Assembly: GCA_964270895.1 (NCBI GenBank)
Contig: OZ185443.1
Origin: Podarcis filfolensis
Lineage: Eukaryota
Length of the DNA: 64,000 nucleotides
Reading direction: 5' to 3' (one strand)
A model generated the notes under the pieces. It was not told the DNA's origin, made no database searches, and was given only the letters and a program-made list of their open reading frames with translations. Positions 38,791-51,719 of the stretch are shown piece by piece (position 1 is the first letter of the stretch; each line of letters starts with the position of its first letter). The position numbers and the translations under genes are program-made.

Positions 38791-39899
38791 GTTATTAACC
38801 ATCTATCAGCACAGCACCCCAAAATGTGTGAGATTGCATAGCTCCAAAATGTGTTTGGGGAAACTGTGCTCTCACACAGGCTGTGACTCACTCGTGTGGC
38901 CCTGTTTTGGACTATGATATGTTGGAGGGTATGACATGCTCTGTGTTCCATTAGTTTTCCAGAAGTGTCTTGGGGGAACATCAGGGAAACAGAATAAACT
39001 GCTGGGTGAATGCAGCCTCAGAGTGTCAAAATACCCAACTTATTTTATGTGCACCACCCACAATGATCCTGCCTGGAGGGATTCTACATTACAATCTTAG
39101 GGGCATGGCTGAATTTAGCAGTTTAATTCTGTGCAATGCAAAGAAGGTGAACTAAAACCCAGCTATGCCAGCCAATTGAGAAGTGGCTCCCCAAAATTGT
39201 ACTTGGTTCTTCCCCTGAACAGTTACAACAGTGCCTGCACTGCCACCAAAGGCGGGTGGGATGCTGCAATGCAGAGAACTGCTGAGAGAAAGTGAAATCA
39301 GGTGTGAAGTACCATTTTCCCTTTAACAGAATGAGGCCCTGGGTGTCCACTCTCCATATCTTCTAACCTCATCTGGGTAGAGCAGGTAGGAGAGTAATAC
39401 TGTTAATTTTTATTTCCATCTCTTCAACCTCTATGGAAAATTGTACGCCTTTAAGAGAATGCCTCCGTATTAGTATTAGAGCTGGATGTAGTTTTTAAAA
39501 CATAAATTCAAACTTCTAGAAATATGAAAAAAATAAAAATCACTGGGCAGCTCCCAGTTCTGGCAAGCAAATGATTTGTGAAGCAGTTGCAAGTGTTAAT
39601 CCCAGCTTTAATATTTCTAATTAATTAACCTTGGCTACAGCAACTGTAAACTGCAAAGCAAGGGATTACTTTGAATTATCGGAGAATAAAATAAATCCAT
39701 TATTTAAATGGGAAAAGTCTTTGAAAACAGTTGCTGAGAATCTACTAAAGCTTTAAATCATATTTAAAGAAGAAGAAGAAAAAAGTCCATGTGTTAAGTA
39801 TTGCATTTGATTCTGTTATGAAGCCTGCCTACTCTTAACACAGGAAAACAGCTTTGAGTATTTGACTAGTCACTTTGGCACTTCCTCGTCAAATAGGAT

Positions 39900-40010
39900 T
39901 CAGGGAAAAGGAACTTGTGGCTTTCCGGATATGATTGGTCCCATCAGCTCCAGCCAGAATGGTTGTTGGTCAGGGGTGATGGGAGTTGTGGTCCAGCAAC
40001 AGCAGTGCCA
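39900..40010. mobile_element. Short palindromic hAT-like MITE (degenerate copy)
   Basis: ggtcccatcagctccagccag...ggggtgatgggagttgtggtccagcaaca. Confidence 0.6.
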
Positions 40011-40653
40011 CCAATGACCCACTCCTCTTCTGCAGGGTACATAGGGAGCTCCCAGCAAGCATGGACTTCCCCCTTCACTGAAAGGCTGGGACAATGCAGC
40101 GTGTGGAGAGGTTCCTGATGCCACAGTTTGTAAGGAATTCCCTCTACTCATAGAAATTCAGTTCTCATACTTTTGCACATGCAAGATTTCCTTGGATCAG
40201 TCACTTCTCAGTTAAGTTTTGACAGGTGGTCACCAGGGCTTTCAGTTTCCTCAGATCATTGGCCAAAAGCAATAAAAGCTGGCAGACTGACTGACAGTAG
40301 TTATATAGAAAGGAACCATTTAAACAATATGGGGCAGCATCCAAAGTTTGCATGAGCAGCCTCCTGGTCTTTCCCGTCCCCTCCTGCCGCTGCAGCTTCC
40401 CAACAACCTCTCTTGATTGTTGGGGGGTCGTCCTGAACAGGGCAGGCTATATTGTGAGAGGGACTAATTCCAAAAATGGGCAGAGGAACTGTGCATGAGT
40501 CCATGAGAACCAGAAAAACAATTTAGTGACAGCAGAAATTGAGCCACTTATTTAGCCATCTATTTATATTTATGGTTTATTTATTTACTATGCTTATCTA
40601 CCCTTTCCTGAAAAACAGCACTAGAATACTTAGCAGATAAAAAATAGCACATA

Positions 40654-40656
<3 letters not shown>

Positions 40657-40691
<35 letters not shown>
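40657..40691. repeat. (CA)n microsatellite
   Basis: About 17 CA units. Confidence 0.98.
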
Positions 40692-40695
<4 letters not shown>

Positions 40696-41569
40696 CTCCT
40701 ATATTATGTTATGTTAGTAGGGGTTATATTGTAATAGCTTCTTTTTTAAAAAAGAAAATAAAAAGATATAAATACGTTTGTTTTCCATCCCATACTTGAG
40801 GGAAAACAGAAAATTAAATATTGAAAATTTTTGGCTGTTAATGCCACCTGAGATAATTTGATATTTTATTTCCTTTGCTAAAAATCAATCAATCAAAATA
40901 AATTCTAGTTTTTGTCTGATAGGTTTTAGCCCAGAATTGGCTCAGTCAAACACAGAAACTGCAAACCTGATGCTTTAGTAACATTATAAACACTGATGAG
41001 GAGACTACTTCAACACATCAAATATGAACCATAAGAGCAAACAAAGCAATTGTCAACCCTAGAATTCCTCTCTTTCTCTTTCTGAAGACCTGCCAAAGTG
41101 TGAGCATGTGTGCGTTATACAACTCAGGAAGTTTCAAAGGAATAGAAGTAATGGATCTATGTTATGTTAACTATGTTTTGTGAGTAGACAGCATACCTAT
41201 TTGATTCAAGAAGCCACATCTAAGTAAATTGATATGATGCTATTCTAATATGATGGTTACCTACAGAGGAAGATAAAGTAATCTTTGCTAATCATTCTTG
41301 ATTAATTATTGCTTTGTGACTGGGTCATTTAATTCAGTCTTCCAATACATGCTGTTACATAAATTAGATGTCCATGCGCACAAACACACACTTTTCATAA
41401 CAAAAATTACATCAGCATAAAGAAAACTGCTTCTGAATAAATGGATATATCCTTATTAAGGCATAAATTCATCTAGTGAAATTAGTTTCTAGCAGAATGT
41501 AATTTATACCGGCTCTGTTATATTTGCTACTCAGTAAGACAAACATTTTCTGTGTCACTAACAACTGAT

Positions 41570-42085
41570 ATAGCACCCCCCCCCAAGTGTCCTGATTTTC
41601 CAGGGACAGTCCCGGAATTACAATAGCTATCCCAATTTCTAATTTGATCCTGGAATGTCCTTATTGCCCCCACCATCACTGCCACTGAACTCGGGGAGAA
41701 GGATGAGCCGGCACTTGTCCCAGGTGGCAGTGGATATGCAGGTGGCAAGGGAGCAACCCATTGCCTCTTCATGGCTGCTGTTGCCAGCCTCCTCCCTTGG
41801 GCAGCTTGCAGCATCTGCTGGAGAGCAAGCGAGGAGGAGCAGATGCCACCACCTCTGAGGCCCAGCCCTGGGGGATGCAACGGTTCTGAGGGGCAAGCAA
41901 AGGACAGGGCCACCCTGGACAGAAAGAAAGGAGGAGCAGAGTGAAGTGGAATGAATCTTGGTTGTTTTTAAAAAATGCTTTGTGTGTCCACATGCAATCT
42001 TTCCCCTTTCTAAAATTTGTTTATTGATGTGTGCTTTTGTTTTCGTAAATCTACAAAAGAATAAAATTAAATCAGGAATAAGGGG
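41570..42085. mobile_element. Non-autonomous hAT (Blackjack-like) element, tentative
   Basis: ccaagtgtcctgattttccagggacagtcccggaattac sub-terminal motif followed by GC-rich filler; ends poorly defined. Confidence 0.35.
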
Positions 42086-42094
42086 GGTTCTCTC

Positions 42095-42580
42095 TCTCTC
42101 TTTTAAATAATCTTTATTCATTTAAATTACACACATATACAAAGAATTTGTATACTACAAAAAGCAAATTAAAGAAAAAGCAATTAAGAAAAAAGAAAAG
42201 ACGAAAATACAGAAAAAAGAAAGAAGAAAAAGCAGATTTATGTGCATAAAAAAATTAATCTTCCTAATTAATACTTAAATAAACACTTAAATAAAAAAGG
42301 CTTCTGACAAAACGAGTCTTCCAATCATTCCCATTGTACTTTTTATACTGTCATTTCCCCCCGCAGAGTTTTATATTCTTTAATATTGTTCCCGTCTACT
42401 CCACAAATGGTATTTGTCGTGTTTACAAGTATCACTCAAGTTCTGCTAATATGGTGTGGTTGGTAAAATATGATCTTATATAATCCTTAAATATTCTCCA
42501 TTCTCCAAATATTTTCTGGTTCAATACTCCTCTAACTCTTCCCGTCAGTTTTGCTAGTTATAAATATTCTAACATGATGT
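42095..42580 (-). mobile_element. L1-clade LINE 3' end
   Basis: ORF2 terminus MLEYL*LAKLTGRVRGVLNQKIFGEWRIFKDYI, then a T-rich 3' UTR with aataaa and an A-rich end near 42100. Confidence 0.72.
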
Positions 42581-42959
42581 TAGAATATGGGGCGTTCTCA
42601 GGACGGTGGAGGGTGTGGGTGCTGTGTCCCATTGGTGTAGGCACTTCCCCCTCTTCTGATAGGAAATGCTCTGCTGAGGTGGGTCAGTTGGGGAGTGAGA
42701 GTGAGAAATGTCCCTATTTCACTTGGAGGAATGTTGGAGGGTATGATGGAATGTCTTCTTTTTTAATGGTTGATACATTTCTGATACATCTGATTAAAAA
42801 TTACAGTATATGGGGTCCGGGATGTTTCTGCAAGTAAGCAAAGAAATAGGATACTGGAGAGGGAAATCTAGAACTACATGTCTTCTCAGCATTCCAAGTA
42901 TTTTATTGCAGAGATCAGAGAGAAATTTATTTTGTTTGGATTTTAACCTAATTCATACA

Positions 42960-43480
42960 ATCTGATCCAATAAGTGAAGCAAAGTTATCCATTTAAAATC
43001 ACACTTCTCCAAATCTTGTGATGAAGTTCTCCAACACACACATACACAAATGTGTACAAATGTGCATATATTAGTGAAATCATTGTAACCAATTGCATTA
43101 TAGAAGGTTGCATATATTAGACAAAATTACATCAAAAATGTCTACAGTGGTACCTTGGGTTACAGATGCTTCAGGTTACAGACTCCACTAACCCAGAAAT
43201 AGTACCTCGGGTTAAGAACTTTGCTTCAGGATGAGAACAGAAATTGCGCAGCGGTAGCAGTGGGAGGCCACAATAGCTAAAGTGGTACCTCAGGTTAAGA
43301 ACAGTTTCAGGTTAAGAACGGACCCCCAGAACGAGTTAAGTTCTTAACCCAAGATACCACTGTATATAAGATAAAACTGCACCTGAGTTGTCACATAGAC
43401 CTTTTTTCTTGAAAAGAAAAATACAAAATTGCACAAAAATACACACTGATGCAGAAATGTGGCAAAGCAGATGCGACTCA
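42960..43480 (+). repeat. AT-rich lacertid interspersed repeat, interrupted by a MITE
   Basis: aaaatcacacttctccaaatcttgtgatgaagttctcc...gcatatattagtgaaa...tgatgcagaaatgtgg is homologous to 31440-32075. Confidence 0.6.
43145..43362. mobile_element. Tigger/pogo-type MITE
   Basis: TIRs CAGTGGTACCTTGGGTTA / TAACCCAAGATACCACTG; TA TSD at 43143-43144 and 43363-43364. Confidence 0.92.
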
Positions 43481-45031
43481 CTTGGTGGGGTGGAGCTGTC
43501 AAGCTAGCTTGCTGGAAGATGGGTTGCTGTTGCATGCTGGGAGGAAGAGGAGGAGAGATGAAGAGACAGGGTGTAGTGTGAGTAGCTTTGGGGGCAAGCT
43601 GAACTTAAGGTAGGAAAACAAAACAGAGAAACCAAAATTGTCAGATTTGGCCATTCCTGTTTTATCACCTTTGTGGTTATGAGTATGAAAAATAGAAGTC
43701 TAGCACCACAGAGGAAGGAAAAATAACTATAAACTCACTAACTGCTCATCCAGAAGTTGGCTCCATTTGTAATTAGTCCATCCCAAAATGTAGCCGCTCT
43801 GAATAACAATTAAGACAGACCTCAAATGTGGTCGTTGTTTTCCTTGTTCAAGGGAAAGATGAAAAACACATCTCCCCCCAGCAGGGTGAAGCAAATCTGA
43901 TAAGCAGAAAAGGCGGATATAAAAATTGCATGACTTTTGTCAGCAAACTCTGATGTACATGATTATAAAAGTAATTTACTTGCATTGTTATTGCTTAATG
44001 GTAATGATTGTATCTGTAGACCATAATTAATGTATGATGAGAAGATTCCTGCAGTTAAAATACATTATAAGTTCTCTGAGGAAAGTATATCCAGAACTTA
44101 GTAGCTCTCTACCCTGATATGGGTTTTAATATAATTTCCAAGGGATTTTAAATACCCAGCTTTGGAAATTTTGCAAGCAGGAAGTGAACATTTCAGCAGC
44201 TCTAGATGTATGAAGTTGATTTGTAAGCACCCTTGGGTGACAGTGGAAGAAGAGTGACATTGCTGCTGTTGTAAAAAAAACACACACACACAACCCCCCC
44301 CCCACACACATATTGGTTATTGGAAAGATGCATTTACATATATTCCAAAACAATATGGCTTCATAAAGGAGCACCATGTTTATGCTGCAATAAATAATAA
44401 TAACATACATGACTTTTTTGTTCATTTTACATTCTGGTCATCATATAGCTAAAGCAATCTAAAGATACTGATCTTTTTAACACACAGTCAACACAGGTGT
44501 CAGTTACTTTTCTCAGCTCGCTTGGAGCTGCACATGAAATTTGTGTGTATCTGTCAGCTTGTCTATTCTTCACTTCTGAGACTGTCAGAAATAATCAGCT
44601 TGCTCTTTCCCATTTACTCAGGTGCAAATGGAAGTCCTACTTGCGTCCTGACTGCCAAGGGACACAGCCCACACAGTGCTAGCTGTTTACACTGGAGTAG
44701 CATCACTCAAGAAAGGAACATGCAGATGTGTAAACAACCATAACATTCACAACAGAATTAGATAAATGTTATGGAAACGGCTTTTGCCAATTTTCTCTGA
44801 TATTTACTATAAATATTATGGGGGCGGGGAGAAATCCCATTTCCTGGAGAGAAGGTTGATATTGTGATTCACTGATATATAAGAATGCTAGAGCAACTGC
44901 ATTTAAGTAATGGCTGCTCTCTGGTGTTCTACACAAGAAAAACAATGTTGCTTGGGGCCGCTTGTTCACAGACAGATGACTGCTACCACACAGCTGGGAG
45001 GAAAGTATCCAATTTCCACTATAAGGAAAGC

Positions 45032-45278
45032 TGTTATGTACTGAAGTTCTCACCCTGGGCCAGCAGGGGGATACTGTAGATAGTTATGCAAATGAAGGAT
45101 CGAAAGTGACATTCAGTGATTGGATAGTTTTAGAAAGTTGCTACAGTTACGTTGTTCTGGAGCCCTATATAAGCAGGCTGACTGAGCTCTTCAGTTCAGT
45201 TCCATTCTGGCCTCTGAATAAACAAGAGCTGTTTGAAGAATCGCTGTGTCGTCTGATATGTTCACCCACAACTTAACA
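45032..45278 (+). mobile_element. Small solo LTR (247 bp)
   Basis: Termini TGTTA...TAACA; internal order ATGCAAAT, gattgg (reverse CCAAT), ctatataag, aataaa; TSD imperfect (aaagc/ccagc). Confidence 0.7.
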
Positions 45279-46869
45279 CCAGCTGGGGGCCTGCCAAATG
45301 CCCCCATCTACCCAGATGCATCCCAAGAAGGGGCTCCTCCAGTGTTGGGTTCTGCTGCTCTGGTTCATGTGCACTGACCCCCATCCCCTTGTCATCCTCC
45401 ATCACCCTATGAACACTTCCTACAGAAACCTCTCCTTCCTTACCCCCAGCTTGCCCCAGTGTGTCCCAGTCCCAGCTACACCCCTCACCGGGATGCTCTT
45501 CCTCCTTCTTGTGGCCCTGCCGGTTTATGACAGATAGCACTTGTAACATAATTAGCATAGGCAGATGTTATGCAAATCTGTCCTCTGTTAACCTCTTTTT
45601 TGACAATGCACAAATCATCACCCCATCAAGCAACTGTAGCCCAAACCAACAGATTGGCAGGTAGACTGCTCTCTGCTGCATCTTGACAAGAAGGATTTAT
45701 GATATCAAAATTTTTGACTCTATTTAAGGAGGAGAAGGTGTCTTTACCTTTACAATCTATAAGTATTGTCCCAGCTCAGTGTCAAGCTTGGAGATCAAGG
45801 CACAATTATGTGTGCATGGAACCTAATTTGGGAGTATAATAAGAGAGACTGTAGTCGTTGATGCTTACATGGTGTAGAAGTTAAAGTAGGCTGCTTAAGT
45901 TATATATTTCATGCCTTTTAGGAGAAGTTAATGTTTTAAGTGCCTTAACTCCCATCTTAAACCAAAGGGTTTTTTTTTTCTTTACAGAATGATAATGATA
46001 ATACCATCTAGAAATAATTCCCTATTATAAGTAAAATTGAGTGGTACTGCTAACTGTTGCATATGCACAAAATCTTGACTGCTCTCTAAAATGACATTCT
46101 AATAATGTGTTCACACGTATGCCCTATATTGGGTGTTATTTCTTATTATTACTCCAACAATGAAAATGTTGTAATTTGTATGTGTGGATGCTTCTTCCAC
46201 ATGCCAGTGATCTATGAAACATGGAGCCAGCAAGATAAGTTAACACTTTTACACAACGCTGCACCTTGTTCCTGGCTATGATGTTGGAAGTATGTTAAAT
46301 GCAAACTGAGTTTACCAATCAGACCTTTACTGTAAATAAAGACTTATTTTGCATGACAGGATAAAACTACCTATCATCATCTACTGAATTGGGATGTTTG
46401 ACTATCACATAGCATTTACCTGTGATCACTGCTGTTGCTCATCATCACATCCTTCATTTCTCATTAGTGTTTGGGCTGCTGTCCTATTTTAGATGTAGCA
46501 ATCTGTGTTCAGTCTTTTCCCCTAGTACCAAAAGGACTATGAAATACTCAGCTTTCCTGTGTTTACCCAAAGTGGCACACACACTGGTTTTCTATGCATT
46601 TTGCCAGTGCTGAAATCTCTGTCCTACTTTGAACAGTACAGCAGAAGAAGCAGAAGCACGTATCATTCATGCTCCCAATTTCCTTGCTTGTTATGCACAT
46701 CCAAACTGGTTCCAAAACTCAGCTGAACCGGGAGTGAAGCAAGATCCGAGCTTCTAAGAATCTCCAGCCCCATCTACACTTTGCCCAGGCCCCCTTTATG
46801 CTCACAGCTGTCTTCTTTGTCTTTAAATGTAGTTTTAAGTGAACTTAATGCAAGCAAATGCATATAGAA

Positions 46870-46995
46870 CAGGGGGTCTCCTCTACCTGTTGCTGGACTA
46901 CAGCTACCACCATCCCTTGCCATAGGCTGTGCTGGCTGGGACTGATGGGAGTTGGAGTCCAATAACATCTGAAAGGCACCAAATTGGCTACCCTG
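46870..46995. mobile_element. Short palindromic hAT-like MITE (degenerate copy)
   Basis: gctggactacagctaccaccatccc...gggactgatgggagttggagtccaataacatctg. Confidence 0.65.
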
Positions 46996-47964
46996 GATCT
47001 GTAAGTATCCTAGTGTGGGATAAGTCGGATTCCATTAACAAAGACTCCCCAGGCATTCCTTCCTCTACTGATGGTAAAATTATAGCCTGTGAAAAAGCTC
47101 AAAGAATAAAACATATTCTTATTAAAATAGTAAAACAAGCAGCACAAACAAGCAAAACAAAGCAAAACAAAAGACAATAGTTGTTAATTTTCTTATTATA
47201 TTCATCACTGAAAAAATGAAGTGTTTTACCAATCACCAGCCTTTATAGGTGATACCAAAAAGTTCAGTGTTTTCTCGAGAACGAACCGTCTGTGTGTTCC
47301 ATTTTGAACATCAATAAGTGCAGCAGAAAATGTCATTCCCCGGTGCTGTCAATGCCCCTTTGTCAAAGTATTGTCTACAGGTTTATATCCTGATATAATT
47401 CTCAGTCAACTGCTGCTCTGTTCTTTAAGATAGGAATAGTTGGAGGGGAAAGGAGGGACACCACATTATCCAGGAAGAAGTCTTGAGACTTTTTGATGTT
47501 GCAACCTTCTGATGTGCTAGTAGCAGCAGCCAAATAAATGAAAGCAATTATTATGAAGGCAGGAACAGAATGTGGATACAATGGGGAGAAAATAAATGCA
47601 AGTGTCAGCATGTTTAAAAGGCAGTTATTTACTCAGGCATCACCTCTCTCAACACATTTATTCTGCCTGCAAACTCTAATGGCTGTGTCAGTCTTCTCGG
47701 CAGGTGAAGAACACACTTCCAAAGTGCAAAAGGTGATGGTCCCCTGTGCATTGTGCCCTGTGAGAAAATCCTACTGAAATTTTCAGTAGGGTTTAGTTCT
47801 ACTCTAGATGTGTAGGATCAGGCGGCACAAATGATTTATTTATTTAGAAGAATTTATAAACCACTTTGTCAATGGCATTCTTAAGTTGTGTACATCCACC
47901 TTTGAAACTATATTTATGACATAAAGGGGATGAAATTATGATGAGGATGATGAAAGGTCAATTC

Positions 47965-48240
47965 TGGCCCCATCTGCACTGCAAACTTAAAGCAGTATCA
48001 CGTCACTTTTAACAGTTATGGCTTCCCTCAAAGAATCCTGGGAACTGTAGTTGATTAAGGATGCTGAGAATTGTTAGGGGACTCCTATTCTCCTCAGAAA
48101 GGTACAGTCCTAGAGGGGTTTAACAATCAATCCCTCTTCCCAGGGAACTGCAGGTCTGTGAGGGGAATATGTGTCTCCTAACAACTCTCAGTACAGTTCC
48201 CAAGATTCTTTGGAAGAAGACATGACTATTTAAAATGGCA
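47965..48240. mobile_element. Fold-back (palindromic) non-autonomous DNA element; superfamily uncertain
   Basis: Arms ttatggcttccctcaaagaatcctgggaactgta...ctgagaattgttagggga and tctcctaacaactctcag...tacagttcccaagattctttggaagaagacatgac are imperfect reverse complements. Confidence 0.7.
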
Positions 48241-48879
48241 GCCATGAGTGACTACCCAGATTACCTCAATTACTGCAACTGCTATAGGCAGTGGCAAAAC
48301 AAACAGGAAAGAGGAAGGAGGAAGAAGTAAAATGAATGTAACACAACCAATAGAATTGCAAGTAATTAATTACTGAAATGAATGTAATGTTAAAAAAATT
48401 AAATGTAACAAAAGGAGACAAAAAAATCCATTTATTTGCCATTCACTTTCACTTATTTTCCCCTTGCAGATCCCTAGTAGACCATCACATGGAGAAATTG
48501 AGCAATATGAACTAGCCCAAAGAGTCTTGCTATGTACTAATCATTAACTAATTTGCTCTGTCTCCTTATTTCTATGGCGGCATAATAAAGTCACCATTGT
48601 AGTCCCAAAACAACATTAGATCTTGCAGGCAGAACATACCATTGTTCTGTGTGTCCTTTAAGCTAAATGGTTTAAAATCCTTAACATACCATTGAGTAAT
48701 TGTTTTGCTCCTTGTCAGACACAGTGAGTAAGCTCAAGTAATTAATGCAATGTGTGAACATAAATAGACTCTATAGCCTCACTGGAGCATATGGATTTCT
48801 TTCTGATTAATCAGAAAACATCCATATGGTGTACAAACTCCTGATTTATGTTGTCTTCCATTCATGAAATTCAGCAGAC

Positions 48880-49002
48880 AACTAATCTACCTCTACCTGT
48901 TGGCGGACTACAACTCCCATCACCCCTGACCAATAACTGGCTGGGGATAATGGGAATTAGAGTCCAACACATTGGAATGGTCACAGGTTCCCAACTCCTG
49001 CT
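48880..49002. mobile_element. Short palindromic hAT-like MITE (degenerate copy)
   Basis: gttggcggactacaactcccatcacccctgacc...ggggataatgggaattagagtccaacac. Confidence 0.65.
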
Positions 49003-49943
49003 AGAATCCCATTTACTGTTATAGGAGATAGAGAGACTTGCAGCCTTAGGGTTTTATATATGCTTAAGCATTCCACCTTCCATGTTGTCATGCGCAGCAC
49101 ACTGTTTGTTAGGATGGCCGATAGTAACATGAAACGTGTCTATAAACATTTGCCGATCGTGGCATTCTTTCAGATTTCCATAGTCATTTACTTTTAATAT
49201 AACAATTACAAATTATTAGCTTAGCCACCTCTTTATTAAATAATTGATTAAAAACATAACCTAACAAGGAACTTCAACTTGCTTTATTGTCAGCAAAGAA
49301 TTCTTTGCCTTAATGTATAATTACTAATGTCAATTCTCTTAATAATTAACCATCATTTATCTTCAGCAAATATTTTATATGACCGAACACAGCTGGGCTT
49401 TTCCTTTGGAACATGTATTATTGATAGAGTGCACATAGGAAAAGTTGAAGTAATGATATAATCTAGGCCAGGTTGCTCCTGACATTAAAAGCATCTTTTG
49501 AAATTGCATCAAGTTTATGAACTCTTATTTAATAACAGGAAGGTTCCCCCCACCCAAGCCAACAGCAGTGTGAGAGGACATTTTTGTTAAGGATCTTGGC
49601 TTTAAAGGAAAGAGGTAAACTTCTCTTCCCCATATGTTAAGGTTGCAATGAAAACTGTCTATTATTAAATGTGAAAAACTAGACATGATTTAGTGTCAGA
49701 GTCATAACATGATGACATACTTTTCAGTGCAGGTAGGTACATTATATGCCTTATTTATTTATCAACAGGATTATTTTACCCATCTCTCCTAAAAGTGGAA
49801 GACAGATAATATATTCAAAAGTCAGTAACAAACAAGCAAACACTACCAACAAAAAATTACAAAGGTAACAAAAATAGAAGACAAGAGTAGCGAATGTCTT
49901 TCCAGAAGTTCATCTAAAAAAGGAAAGACGTCACCTGCCTCTC

Positions 49944-50821
49944 ATAGAATCATAGAATCATAGAGTTGGAAGAGACCACAAGGGCCATCGAGTCCCACCC
50001 CCTGCCAAGCAGGAAACACCATCAGAGCACTCCTGACATATGGTTGTCAAGCCTCTGCTTAAAGACCTCCAAAGAAGGAGACTCCACCACACTCCTTGGC
50101 AGCAAATTCCACTGTCGAACAGCTCTTACTGTCGGGAAGTTCTTCCTAATGTTTAGGTGGAATCTTCTTTCTTGTAGTTTGGAACCATTGCTCCGTGTCC
50201 GCTTCTCTGGAGCAGCAGAAAACAACCTTTCTCCCTCCTCTATGTGACATCCTTTTATATATTTGAACATGGCTATCATATCACCCCTTAACCTCCTCTT
50301 CTCCAAGCTAAACATGCCCAGCTCCCTTAGCCGTTCCTCATAAGGCATCGTTTCCAGGCCTTTGACCATTTTGGTTGCCCTCCTCTGGACACGTTCCAGT
50401 TTGTCAGTGTCCTTCTTGAACTGTGGTGCCCAGAACTGGACACAGTACTCCAGGTGAGGTCTGACCAGAGCAGAATACAGTGGCACTATTACTTCCCTTG
50501 ATCTAGATGCTATACTCCTATTGATGCAGCCCAGAATTGCATTGGCTTTTTTAGCTGCCGCGTCACACTGTTGGCTCATGTCAAGTTTGTGGTCAACCAA
50601 GACTCCTAGATCCTTTTCACATGTACTGCTCTCAAGCCAGGTGTCACCCATCTTGTATTTGTGCCTCTCATTTTTTTTGCCCAAGTGCAATACTTTACAT
50701 TTCTCCCTGTTAAAATTCATCTTGTTTGTTTTGGCCCAGTTCTCTAATCTGTCACGGTCGTTTTGAAGTGTGATCCTGTCCTCTGGGGTGTTAGCCACCC
50801 CTCCCAGTTTGGTGTCATCTG
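49944..50821 (-). mobile_element. CR1 LINE, 5'-truncated, young
   Basis: Unbroken frame from (F)ADDTKLGGVANTPEDR through EKDLGV, LVRPHLEYCVQFWAP and WNLLP to the stop; tail (GATTCTAT)n; flanking duplication CTGCCTCTC at 49935-49943 and 50819-50827. Confidence 0.97.
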
Positions 50822-50861
50822 CCTCTCTTTGGAAGGAGTTTCAGGGACTAGGCATGATGAC

Positions 50862-51060
50862 TAAGAAGGCCCTTTTCTGGTTTTGACTAATGAAGCAAAG
50901 AGGTTGAGGGAACATTTAAGAGGCACTTCAGTTAAGCAAGCAGGTTTATGCAGGGGAAGACAGTTATTCAGATATCCTGTACCAAACAACCAAGCTACTG
51001 CATTCTGGACCAGTTGATACTTATGGGATATTTCAAGGGTAACTGTACCAACATAGATCA
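50862..51060 (-). mobile_element. Old L2-like ORF2 remnant
   Basis: YVG.TL...KYQLVQNAVAWL motif. Confidence 0.55.
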
Positions 51061-51583
51061 AACATATGATAATTTTAGTATTGTAAGGTAATAATGGTGT
51101 CTTAATGGGTTAGCAAGATTTCAGCAAGACAAATGGACATAAAAGACCAATGATAAAAGGAACAAAGCTGAAACACAGCTGGCAGGGCAAAGGTGGTTCA
51201 TCCACCTCATTTTCTCCCTCCCAGAGTTCAAGTCTGGATATTACGCAGGTAATTACTTTAGTATCCATTGCATGTTATATCACTTTGTTGTGTATGCTTA
51301 TGATGTACATACATCTAACGGGACAGATCACCAGCATTCGACACACTGCCTTGGTTTGATATTGCTATCAAAGTTTGCAATAAGTTTGCTTGTCTTCACC
51401 TCTTGTTTCTATGAACTGGCATATGTTCCAATTTCTGCTTTCTGTGAATGAAATGTCAGCATTGGTACAGAGCCAGAATAAGTGTGATTACAATTTGTGT
51501 GTGTGAATATACAGAGAGGCAGTCACTTTAGAAAACCGCTTGTCATTGCATTCTATCAGCACTGCTCGACAAATTAACTAGGC

Positions 51584-51719
51584 CAGGCATAGGCAACCTT
51601 CAGCCCTCCATATGTTTTGGCCTACAACTCCCATGATCCCTAGCTAACAGGACCAGTGGTCAGGGATGATGGGAATTGTAGTCCAAAACATCTGGAGGGA
51701 TGAAGGTTGCCCATGCCTG
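51584..51719. mobile_element. Short palindromic hAT-like MITE, complete
   Basis: TIRs CAGGCATAGGCAACCTT / AAGGTTGCCCATGCCTG; whole element self-complementary; 8-bp flanks aactaggc/atctatcc only partly match. Confidence 0.85.

Noticed and set aside
41527-42121. 128-160-aa ORFs (also 13472-14278 and 61116-61708)
   Set aside because: They lie in GC-rich filler of non-autonomous DNA elements; no transposase or other domain motifs.
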